From positions 1-35,455 of the forward strand of contig CAZTUM010000003.1 in assembly GCA_964616645.1 (NCBI GenBank): a stretch of DNA of 35,455 bases, read 5' to 3'. Shown piece by piece: positions 23,658-31,462 of the stretch; the stretch's first letter is position 1, and each line of letters opens with the position of its first letter. A program made the translations under genes and the position numbers. Source of the stretch: an uncultured Muribaculaceae bacterium. Lineage in GTDB: Bacteria; Bacillota_I; Bacilli_A; RF39; UBA660. The notes beneath the pieces were generated by a model, which was not told the origin of the DNA, did no database searches, and saw only the letters and a list, made by a program, of their open reading frames with translations.

Positions 23658-25589
23658 ATGAGAAAGAAAAATGGCTTTACTTTAATAGAGTTATTAGCAA
23701 CATTACTAATTATTTGTCTTATAACTACTATTGCAGTTATAACAATCAAAGATAATATAGAAAATACAAAGGATAAAGCGCAAAAACTTACTCAAAATGC
23801 TCTTTTTCAAGCTTCAAGTGCTTATGTAGCAGAATATAAAACAAATAGTACAGATTGGTATACAGAGTATACTGAAGAAGATGATGCATATAAAGAAACT
23901 GGTAATGAATATGCTTGTACTACAATTCAAATGTTAATTGATAAGGGATACTTAAAAAATAATATAATAGATGCAAAGACAAATGAAAGAATAAACCATA
24001 ATACTCAAATACAAATAATAAGAAATAAAACTACTAAAGTAATTTTTAAAAAAGTTATAATGTCTAGTCAAGTATGCAAAGAATTAGATAGTGTAATTCC
24101 TAGTGTAACGTTTACTCCAGATGGTAGTAATTTGGTGTATAAACCAACAGTAACAATAACATCAATAACAGGTGAGTCTAATGTTAAATCTATGGCTTAT
24201 TATATAAAAAAAGATAATAATAAATATCAAGAGGTTACTACTACTTCTTATTTAGGGGAAATAACTATAGAAGAAATAGATGGAGAAAGTATTAGAGTAT
24301 GTGCTAATGTAACAAATGGTATTGATGTAAGTAGTGGAGAGGTATGTAGTAATTATTTTAATGTTGATAATACTCCTCCAAAAATAGATAAAATAGAGAA
24401 TGTTAATGGTTCTAATATTGTTAATGTAACAGTAATAGAAAAAAATATTGATAGTTATTGTTTAACAAAAGAAAATAATATTAATAATTGTATATGGGTA
24501 AATATTACTTCTAATATATTTAATATAAATGTAGAAGAAGAGGGAGATTATTATATATATATAAAAGATAAAGTAAATTTAATTAGTAATGATGAAAATA
24601 ATAAAGTAAGTATATCTATAGATAAGGATATACCTTCAGTTATATTTACTCCTAATGGGACTGATATATGGAGTAAAAGTATAGACGTAAAGTTAACCAA
24701 AATTACAGGCACATCGGGAATTAAAAATACAAATTATTATATTAAAAAAGATAATATTAAATATAGGGAAAATACTAGTACAACTACAGATGATGAAATA
24801 ATTACAGTAGATGTAGAAGGTAGTAATATATATGTTTGTGCAGTAGTAGAAAATAAAATAGGTATAACAAGTGGAGAGATATGTAGTAATATATATAAAA
24901 TAGATAATACTCCACCTAAAGTAGAATTATCTTCTTTAAATTTTTCTGGGGAAATACAGATAGATGTAATTGAAGATAATATTGATAGTTATTGTATAAC
25001 AAAAGATAATGATACTGATAATTGTACATGGATAGAAACTTCTGAAAATAATTTTAATACTACTGTTACAGAAGAGGGGACATATAATGCATATGTTAAA
25101 GATAAGGCTAATAATATAGGGACTTCTTCTATAAATATTATACTAGAAAAGACTATAACTGTAGATTGTAGTGTATCTAATACAAATGGTGTTTGTACAA
25201 TATCAGAAAATATAGATGATATAGGAGAAATTAGTAGTATTACTACTTCAAATGGTGTTATAAGCTATAGTTTAAATGAAAAGACTATAACATTAACTTT
25301 TAAACAAGGTATTTATACTCAAGGTACGGCGTTGGAATGTAATTGTACTACTACTGTTACAGAAGAATGTACATGTGGGCAAAGATGTTGTACTCCTCAA
25401 GGGGGAGGGTCAGGAGGCTCTTCATATTGCGAAAGTGGAGGTGGAGGTAGTAGTTGTTTAGTTTGTTATGATGTTTCCTGTGTTTCGGGGTTATGTGATT
25501 ATAATGAGTGTAAAGAGAAAAAAACAACTACTTGTAATACATGCTATACATATCAATATCAAGCTACAATAAAATATAAACCAGAATAG
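23658..25589 (+). CDS. Giant modular type IV pilin-like protein (prepilin-type N-terminal cleavage/methylation signal)
   Basis: MRKKNG/FTLIELLATLLIICLITTIAVI is a canonical class III signal: Gly-1, Phe+1, Glu+5, then a hydrophobic alpha-1 helix. The protein is 643 aa, with a pilin-like head (~aa 30-140), two tandem ~178-aa two-domain units and a Cys/Gly-rich tail (14 Cys in aa 561-629, nt 25338-25544). RBS TAGGAGAG. A -10-like TAGAAT preceded by TGG lies upstream. Confidence 0.8.
   Translation: MRKKNGFTLIELLATLLIICLITTIAVITIKDNIENTKDKAQKLTQNALFQASSAYVAEYKTNSTDWYTEYTEEDDAYKETGNEYACTTIQMLIDKGYLKNNIIDAKTNERINHNTQIQIIRNKTTKVIFKKVIMSSQVCKELDSVIPSVTFTPDGSNLVYKPTVTITSITGESNVKSMAYYIKKDNNKYQEVTTTSYLGEITIEEIDGESIRVCANVTNGIDVSSGEVCSNYFNVDNTPPKIDKIENVNGSNIVNVTVIEKNIDSYCLTKENNINNCIWVNITSNIFNINVEEEGDYYIYIKDKVNLISNDENNKVSISIDKDIPSVIFTPNGTDIWSKSIDVKLTKITGTSGIKNTNYYIKKDNIKYRENTSTTTDDEIITVDVEGSNIYVCAVVENKIGITSGEICSNIYKIDNTPPKVELSSLNFSGEIQIDVIEDNIDSYCITKDNDTDNCTWIETSENNFNTTVTEEGTYNAYVKDKANNIGTSSINIILEKTITVDCSVSNTNGVCTISENIDDIGEISSITTSNGVISYSLNEKTITLTFKQGIYTQGTALECNCTTTVTEECTCGQRCCTPQGGGSGGSSYCESGGGGSSCLVCYDVSCVSGLCDYNECKEKKTTTCNTCYTYQYQATIKYKPE
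24087..25142 (+). repeat. Intragenic tandem duplication (two ~178-aa units) within the pilin-like gene
   Basis: Unit 1 begins DSVIPSVTFTPDGS, unit 2 begins DKDIPSVIFTPNGT. They align throughout: YYIKKDN, VCA.V.N.I...SGE.CSN....DNTPPK, NIDSYC.TK.N...NC.W, EEG.Y..Y.KDK.N. Confidence 0.8.
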
Positions 25590-25602
25590 AAAGAGGGTTA
25601 TT

Positions 25603-25998
25603 ATGAAAAGTAATTCAAAAATTAGTTTATTTGCTATATCTTTTTCGATATTGGCATTATTATCAACAATATGTTTATACTATTTTATGATAAATAAGTA
25701 TAATGCTTTAAATGACAAAATAAATGAATTAAATCAAAATAATTCTTCAAATACACCAGTAAATATATCTTTAGTATTAAATGAATTTGCTAAGAAGTTG
25801 ATTAATGATAAAATAATTACTAAAGATAAAGCTATAAGTAATGAAATTATAATTACTTTTAATGAAATGAAAAATCAATATGGACTTGATGTTAGTTTTG
25901 ATTGTGTAGAAGAAGATACATATATAAAATATATATTTATGGAAGATACAGAACAAGTAAAAGATACTATAATAGGGCAAAATTGTTATGAAAAGTAA
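25603..25998 (+). CDS. Membrane-anchored small protein (131 aa), paralog of the next gene
   Basis: RBS AGAGGG and an N-terminal TM helix. The C-terminal ~70 aa align with the 97-aa lipoprotein (KLIND..IT...AI..E, conserved Cys pair, TII...C). Confidence 0.55.
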   Translation: MKSNSKISLFAISFSILALLSTICLYYFMINKYNALNDKINELNQNNSSNTPVNISLVLNEFAKKLINDKIITKDKAISNEIIITFNEMKNQYGLDVSFDCVEEDTYIKYIFMEDTEQVKDTIIGQNCYEK

Positions 25999-26281
25999 GT
26001 TAATACTAGTAATATTAATTATTATATTAACTGGATGTAATAATGTATTAGATAATGATGATGATATAAATACATATATATATAAATTAATAAATGATTC
26101 AAAAATTACAATACAAGAAGCTATAAATAGTGAAGTTAATTTAACATTAAATGATTTAATAAATAAATATAATTATATTTATACAGGAAATTGTGATAAA
26201 GATAAATCAACGATAAAAATTGTTTTTGATGATACAGGTAAAGTGATACAAACAATAATAGATTTAAGTTGTAATAAATAA
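25988..26281 (+). CDS. Small lipoprotein (97 aa), paralog of the previous gene
   Basis: Lipobox ILTGC. Overlaps the previous gene by 11 nt. Shares the KLINDSKITIQEAINSE ... C ... TIIDLSC pattern with it. Confidence 0.55.
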   Translation: MKSKLILVILIIILTGCNNVLDNDDDINTYIYKLINDSKITIQEAINSEVNLTLNDLINKYNYIYTGNCDKDKSTIKIVFDDTGKVIQTIIDLSCNK

Positions 26282-26297
26282 TTTTAATTAGAATTAA

Positions 26298-26326
26298 TTG
26301 ACAAATTAATATAAAAATATTATGAT
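26298..26326 (+). promoter_or_regulatory. Near-consensus sigma-A promoter (TTGACA-17-TATGAT)
   Basis: TTGACA at 26298-26303, a 17-nt spacer, TATGAT at 26321-26326, upstream of the 26350 gene. Confidence 0.65.
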
Positions 26327-26349
26327 ATAAATAGGTTTGAGGAGGTATT

Positions 26350-26826
26350 ATGAAAAAAATATATAAATTAGGGATTATTATTATATGTCTATTTGTATTT
26401 ACTGGTTGTAATAATAAACAAGAAGAAAAAGAACAAACAGAATTTACTATTGGTGAGACTATTTCTATTAAAAATTTTGATATAACATTCTTAAATTATT
26501 CTATTAGAAAAGCTATAAATACTAATGAAAAACATCAAGATTTAATTTTCTTAGAAGTAAGTTTAAAAAATACTAGTTCACAAAGTCAAAAGTTTAAGAC
26601 TAGTAGTTATAAAGTATATGGACCAGAAAATACAGAGTTAGATATTATATCATCTGCTAAATATACTACATCTGCGAATAATGTAGGTAATATACGTGGT
26701 GGAGGTATTACGAGTGGACATTTAATCTTTGAATATGCAGGATATGGGAAGTATTACTTAGAGTTTTCTAATACTAAAGGTAAAAAAGTAACTTTAATCA
26801 TGGATGTATACGAAGAAGTAGAATAG
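26350..26826 (+). CDS. Lipoprotein with Ig-like DUF4352-type domain (tentative)
   Basis: RBS GAGGAGG and lipobox VFTGC. Its ~130-aa beta-rich domain has the pattern F.I.....I.....L.V...N.S, typical of DUF4352. The family call is tentative. Confidence 0.5.
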   Translation: MKKIYKLGIIIICLFVFTGCNNKQEEKEQTEFTIGETISIKNFDITFLNYSIRKAINTNEKHQDLIFLEVSLKNTSSQSQKFKTSSYKVYGPENTELDIISSAKYTTSANNVGNIRGGGITSGHLIFEYAGYGKYYLEFSNTKGKKVTLIMDVYEEVE

Positions 26827-26868
26827 TAAATCCTAATGGACTTACTATTTTTTTCTAGGAAGGAGTAT

Positions 26869-27558
26869 ATGAATAATAGTTTTAAAAATTTACCTAATGA
26901 AGAAAAGCCACGTGAAAGATTAAAAAAATATGGAAGAGATAATTTGTCTAATGAAGAATTACTTGCAATTGTATTAAAGACAGGTACTCATGATATACCA
27001 GTAGATGAACTGGCTAAAAATCTTTTAGTAGAATTAGGTAGTATTACTAAATTAAAGGATGTTTCACTAGCTAAATTATTAAGTATAAAAGGTATAGGAG
27101 AGGTAAAGGCGTTAACTTTATATGCCATGATTGAACTGGGAAAGAGAATATATAAAAATGTAAATCTTACTAAAAGGTATAAACTTAGTAATCCAGAAGA
27201 TATAATTAATTATTATAATGATACATTAATAGATAAAAAGCAAGAAGAATTTCATGTGTTATATTTAGATAGTAATAATAATATTATTACTACAAAAAGA
27301 TTATTTATAGGTACAATTAATCGTTCGATAGTTCATCCAAGAGAGATATTTAAAGAAGCGTATTTAAATTCTGCTTGTAAAATAGTATGTATTCATAATC
27401 ATCCTACTGGTAATATAACACCTAGTAAAGAGGATATATTTATAACAAGAACTATTGATGAAATAGGGAGAATTCATGATATAAAATTATTAGACCATTT
27501 AATTATTGGGAAAGATAGCTATTTTAGTTTTTATGAGAATAAATATTTAAAAAATTAA
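26869..27558 (+). CDS. radC: RadC-family JAB/MPN-domain protein
   Basis: Start set at ATG 26869 (RBS GGAAGGAG). N-terminal PRERL..G...LS..ELLAI.L.TG, helix-hairpin-helix IKGIGEVKA, and the JAMM motif HNHPTGNITPSKED. Confidence 0.9.
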   Translation: MNNSFKNLPNEEKPRERLKKYGRDNLSNEELLAIVLKTGTHDIPVDELAKNLLVELGSITKLKDVSLAKLLSIKGIGEVKALTLYAMIELGKRIYKNVNLTKRYKLSNPEDIINYYNDTLIDKKQEEFHVLYLDSNNNIITTKRLFIGTINRSIVHPREIFKEAYLNSACKIVCIHNHPTGNITPSKEDIFITRTIDEIGRIHDIKLLDHLIIGKDSYFSFYENKYLKN

Positions 27559-27617
27559 ATAATACTTTTAAAAACAATATTTATGTTATATAATAAAACT
27601 AGGAGGAGGACAAGATT

Positions 27618-28472
27618 ATGAAAAGGAAAAAAAATATGCCATTAAAATATATAATATTAATAATAATACTTATCCTTCTAATTTTACTTTTAATATTTAA
27701 TTATACGTTAAAGGATGACCGTAAATTATCTAAAGTAGAATCTGTATTTAAAGATACTGTAACATGTATAATAAAAGTATTGCGTACTCCTATAGATTAT
27801 ATAGGTGATATTATAAGTGATTTTAAAGAGCTTAAAGATGTTCAAAAGGAAAATCAATTATTAAAAGATTCTTTAGAAAAAGTAGATTATGTTAATACTG
27901 AAAATATTGAATTAAAAAGGCAAATAGAAAAGTTAAAAGAGGAGTTGGATATAGAATATAGTTTAACTGATTATGAGTATTTAAATAGTACAATAATTAG
28001 TCGTAATATTGGATATTGGTATAATACAATTACGATTGATAAAGGAAGTTATAATGGTGTAAAAAAAGATATGCCTGTTGTAAATAAACAAGGTTTGATA
28101 GGAAGAGTAGTAAGTACAACTAATTTTACTTCTGTTGTAAAATTGATAACTACAACGGATACATCAAATAAATTATCAGTATTAGTAACTGATGGGAATT
28201 ATGATTTATATGGTTTATTATATCAATATGATGAGGTTGATAATTTACTTTTGGTTGAGGGGATAAGTAATACGGATAAGGTAAATATAAATGATTTAGT
28301 GTATACAAGTGGGATGGGAGGAATATTTCCAAGTGGAATTATGATAGGTAAGGTAACTTCTATTTCTACGGATTCTTATGGTTTATCAAAAATAATTAAG
28401 GTATCTCCATCTGTAGATTTTTCATCATTAAATTATGTAACTATATTAAAAAGAAAGGATGAATTAAAATGA
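27618..28472 (+). CDS. mreC: Rod shape-determining protein MreC
   Basis: TM anchor, a coiled-coil (ENQLLKDSLEK...LKRQIEKLKEEL), then the beta-barrel region with GLIGRVVS...SVVKLITT and GGIFPSGIMIGKV. Confidence 0.85.
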   Translation: MKRKKNMPLKYIILIIILILLILLLIFNYTLKDDRKLSKVESVFKDTVTCIIKVLRTPIDYIGDIISDFKELKDVQKENQLLKDSLEKVDYVNTENIELKRQIEKLKEELDIEYSLTDYEYLNSTIISRNIGYWYNTITIDKGSYNGVKKDMPVVNKQGLIGRVVSTTNFTSVVKLITTTDTSNKLSVLVTDGNYDLYGLLYQYDEVDNLLLVEGISNTDKVNINDLVYTSGMGGIFPSGIMIGKVTSISTDSYGLSKIIKVSPSVDFSSLNYVTILKRKDELK

Positions 28473-28972
28473 TTTATCCTTTAACTATTATAATTATATC
28501 TTTTATTATAGATGGTATAACTTCATTATATATAAATATAAACTATACATATGTATCAATTTTTTCTACGATATATACACTTATTGCTATTGTTATGGTA
28601 TCTAAATATATTAAAAATGATAAAAAATACTATTTAACATATATTTTAACAGGGTTAGCGTTTGATTTTTCATATACGAATACTTTTATATTAAATATGA
28701 CTGTATTTTTTATCTTAAGTTTAATTATTAAGAAATTATCATATATATTTACAGATAATTTTATTAATAATATTATAATATCATATATAACTATTATTTT
28801 ATATTATATTTTAACAAATATTATACTTGTAGTAGTGGGTTATATTACTTTTAATATTTATTTATTAATAAAAATATTATATAGTAGTATTATTATGAGT
28901 ATTATATATACTATTATAATATATATATTAAATAGTATAAAAGATAAGGTATCAGGTAATAAAATAAGATAA
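28469..28972 (+). CDS. mreD: Rod shape-determining protein MreD (by position and topology)
   Basis: 167-aa polytopic membrane protein. Its start overlaps the mreC stop (ATGA). Sequence conservation is weak, as is usual for MreD. Confidence 0.6.
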   Translation: MIYPLTIIIISFIIDGITSLYININYTYVSIFSTIYTLIAIVMVSKYIKNDKKYYLTYILTGLAFDFSYTNTFILNMTVFFILSLIIKKLSYIFTDNFINNIIISYITIILYYILTNIILVVVGYITFNIYLLIKILYSSIIMSIIYTIIIYILNSIKDKVSGNKIR

Positions 28973-29000
28973 GATATCATATTATTTATTGGTGAATAAT

Positions 29001-29600
29001 ATGGAAATAGATATAAATAGTAAATATTTAAAAAAGAAAAAGGATAATAAAATAGTATCAAAATATTTTAAAGGATTATTATATCGTATTTTAATTAGTA
29101 TGCTTATTTTTTTATCACTTGGTATATTTATTAAATCATCAAATAAAAATAAAGAGATGGTATATGAAAATATATATAATAATAATTTTTTATATACTAA
29201 GGCTTTAAAATATTATGATAAATATTTAAAAGGAGTATATCCTTTTTCTAAATTATTTAATCAAGATACAAGTTTAGTTTTTAGTGAAAAATTAGTATAT
29301 ACTTCTCAAAATAAATATTTAGATGGTGTTAAATTAACCGTTGATACTAATTATTTAGTACCTATATTAGAAGATGGTATAGTTATTTATATTGGAGATA
29401 AACCTAATTATGGAAATACAATTATAATTCAGGGTATAGATGAAATAGAGATATGGTATGCAAATATTAATAATAGTAATGTTTCTTTATATGATTATGT
29501 TACTAAGGGGAGTTTGTTAGGAGAAGTAAATGATAATTATTTATATTTAGTATATAGTCAGAATGGAAAGTATTTAAACTATGAAGAGTTTCTTAAATAA
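29001..29600 (+). CDS. spoIVFA: SpoIVFA-like protein (TM anchor plus degenerate M23/LytM domain)
   Basis: Start set at ATG 29001. It has one TM helix. The C-terminal LytM-like fold (GVKLTVDTN...GIVIYIG...YGNTIIIQG...IWYANI...V..GSLLGEV) lacks the metal-binding His residues. Its position before an M50 protease and rplU matches B. subtilis spoIVFA. Confidence 0.55.
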   Translation: MEIDINSKYLKKKKDNKIVSKYFKGLLYRILISMLIFLSLGIFIKSSNKNKEMVYENIYNNNFLYTKALKYYDKYLKGVYPFSKLFNQDTSLVFSEKLVYTSQNKYLDGVKLTVDTNYLVPILEDGIVIYIGDKPNYGNTIIIQGIDEIEIWYANINNSNVSLYDYVTKGSLLGEVNDNYLYLVYSQNGKYLNYEEFLK

Positions 29601-30360
29601 AATAGAGTTTTCTAATTATTTTTTATTTTTAGCGATATCTTTTGTTTTAGTGGGATATTATAAGAATTTAATAATTTTTACTTCATTAATATTAATTCAT
29701 GAATTAGGGCATGTTCTAATAGCAAAGCTATTTAACTATGAAGTTCAAAAAATTATTATTTATCCATATGGGGGATTAACAAAATTAGATAGTATTATTA
29801 ATAAGAAAATAATTCATGAGTTTTTAATAAGTATATCAGGATTAGTTATGCAGATATTATTTTATTATTTAATTATTTTTATTAATTTAAAATATTATAT
29901 TTTTAATGATTATACTATATATCTTTTAACTGCGTATCATAAAAGTATGTTATTTTTTAATTTATTACCTATAATTCCATTAGATGGTTTTAAAATTATA
30001 AATTGTTTATTAACTAAAATATGTTCTTATAATTTAAGTAATCATATAAGTATATATTTATCTTTAATAACATTAATTATATCTATTTATATAACAAGAA
30101 ATGATTTAAATTATACTTATATAATGACAATATGTATATGTCTTAAGAATATTTATTTATTTTATAAAGAAAGTAGTTATTTATTTAATAGATTTATTTT
30201 AGAGAGATATTTATATTCTTTTAAATTTAAACATACGAAAATAATTAATGATTATCATAATATGTATAAAGAATATAATCATATTATTAAAGATAATGAT
30301 AAATATTTAAAAGAAAAAGACTTTTTATCAAAAATGTTTGACAATCCATATCATTTATGA
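29581..30360 (+). CDS. spoIVFB: Site-2 (M50) intramembrane metalloprotease, SpoIVFB-like
   Basis: HELGH in TM helix 2 and FNLLPIIPLDG (NxxPxxxLDG) later in the protein. It overlaps the preceding gene by 20 nt, and the synteny spoIVFA-spoIVFB-rplU is conserved. Confidence 0.75.
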   Translation: MKSFLNKIEFSNYFLFLAISFVLVGYYKNLIIFTSLILIHELGHVLIAKLFNYEVQKIIIYPYGGLTKLDSIINKKIIHEFLISISGLVMQILFYYLIIFINLKYYIFNDYTIYLLTAYHKSMLFFNLLPIIPLDGFKIINCLLTKICSYNLSNHISIYLSLITLIISIYITRNDLNYTYIMTICICLKNIYLFYKESSYLFNRFILERYLYSFKFKHTKIINDYHNMYKEYNHIIKDNDKYLKEKDFLSKMFDNPYHL

Positions 30361-30378
30361 TAAAATCTTATATGTTTG

Positions 30379-30452
30379 TAAGACCTCTGTTGTTAATTCA
30401 ACCGCGCTAAAAAGGTTATAAGAGTGATATACCACCTTACGGGCGAGTCTTA
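30379..30452 (+). promoter_or_regulatory. Structured 5' leader of the rplU operon (possible L21-leader-type autoregulatory RNA)
   Basis: This is an unusually GC-containing intergenic patch. TAAGACCTC (30379-30387) can pair with GAGTCTTA (30445-30452) with one bulge, enclosing smaller GGTTATA/TATACC pairing. A ribosomal leader is known before rplU in Bacilli. The assignment is not verified. Confidence 0.35.
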
Positions 30453-30474
30453 TTTAAAATTTAAGGAGGTAAAT

Positions 30475-30777
30475 ATGAAAGCAATAATTGAAACTGGTGG
30501 TAAGCAATACTACGTAACAGAAGGAAGTGTTATTTACGTTGAAAAACTAGATATTCCTACTGATGGAGAAGTTATTTTTGACAAGGTACTATTAGTAGAT
30601 GGTACTGCAGGTAATCCTTATGTTGCTTCTGCTAAAGTAACTGGTGTTGTACTAAAACAAGGTAAAAATAAGAAAATTACTATTTTTAAGTATAAACCTA
30701 AGAAAAAATCAACAAGAAGAAAAGTTGGACATAGACAACCATATACTAAAGTTGAAATTAAAACTATTACTAAGTAG
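30475..30777 (+). CDS. rplU: 50S ribosomal protein L21
   Basis: Start set at ATG 30475 (RBS AAGGAGG). [17 protein letters not shown]...[11 protein letters not shown]...[11 protein letters not shown] is canonical L21. Confidence 0.95.
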   Translation: MKAIIETGGKQYYVTEGSVIYVEKLDIPTDGEVIFDKVLLVDGTAGNPYVASAKVTGVVLKQGKNKKITIFKYKPKKKSTRRKVGHRQPYTKVEIKTITK

Positions 30778-30785
30778 GTTGTGTT

Positions 30786-31100
30786 ATGATTAAAGTAGCT
30801 GTATTAAAAGATAAGGGAGTAATAAAAAGTATTTGTTTAAGAGGACATGCTAACTATGATATATATGGTAAAGATATTGTATGTTCTAGTGTTAGTACGT
30901 TAGTAATTACTTCTATAAATAATATTATAGCGCTTGATGATAAGTCAATAAAATATGATATTAATGTTGATAGCACATATATTGAATTACTTAAAGATAG
31001 CACTGTTGCTAATAGTATTATCAATAATATGATTAATTCTTTAATTGAATTAGAGGATAACTATCCTAAAAACATAAAAGTAACTATGCAAGGAGGGTAA
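30786..31100 (+). CDS. prp: Ribosomal-processing cysteine protease Prp (YsxB family)
   Basis: 104 aa lying between rplU and rpmA. It has GHANYDIYGKDIVCSSVS, which carries the catalytic His and Cys. Confidence 0.85.
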   Translation: MIKVAVLKDKGVIKSICLRGHANYDIYGKDIVCSSVSTLVITSINNIIALDDKSIKYDINVDSTYIELLKDSTVANSIINNMINSLIELEDNYPKNIKVTMQGG

Positions 31101-31103
31101 AGT

Positions 31104-31397
31104 ATGCCAAGTTTTTTAAAGTTAAATATTCAACTATTCGCTCATAAAAAAGGGCAAAGTTCAACTAGTAATGGTAGAGATTCAGAATCAAAAAGATTAG
31201 GAGCTAAAGCTAGTGATGGTGAATATATTACTGGAGGTAGTATTATTTATCGTCAAAGAGGAACTAAGATTCATCCTGGGAATAATGTAAGAAGAGGTAA
31301 AGATGATACTTTATATACTACTATTTCTGGATATGTTAAGTATGAACGTTTAGGTAAAGATAGAAAACAAGTTAGTGTTTATGAAGAGAGAGCTTAA
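31104..31397 (+). CDS. rpmA: 50S ribosomal protein L27 with cleavable N-terminal extension
   Basis: [20 protein letters not shown] carries the Firmicutes Prp cleavage motif. The remainder is canonical L27 ([26 protein letters not shown]). Confidence 0.95.
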   Translation: MPSFLKLNIQLFAHKKGQSSTSNGRDSESKRLGAKASDGEYITGGSIIYRQRGTKIHPGNNVRRGKDDTLYTTISGYVKYERLGKDRKQVSVYEERA

Positions 31398-31407
31398 GCT
31401 CTTTTTT
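31389..31407 (+). terminator. Weak terminator after rpmA
   Basis: AGAGC (31389-31393) pairs with GCTCT (31398-31402) around loop TTAA, followed by TTTTT. The stem is short and includes the stop codon. Confidence 0.35.
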
Positions 31408-31462
31408 GTTGACATAATAATTATCTTTTGGTATTATTATTTTGTTATATAAGAGGTGTAGG

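Noticed and set aside
25338-25544. Cys-rich tails considered as RiPP/lanthipeptide-like or bacteriocin precursor cores.
   Set aside because: They are the C-termini of very large secreted structural proteins. No leader-core architecture, modification enzyme or dedicated exporter is nearby.
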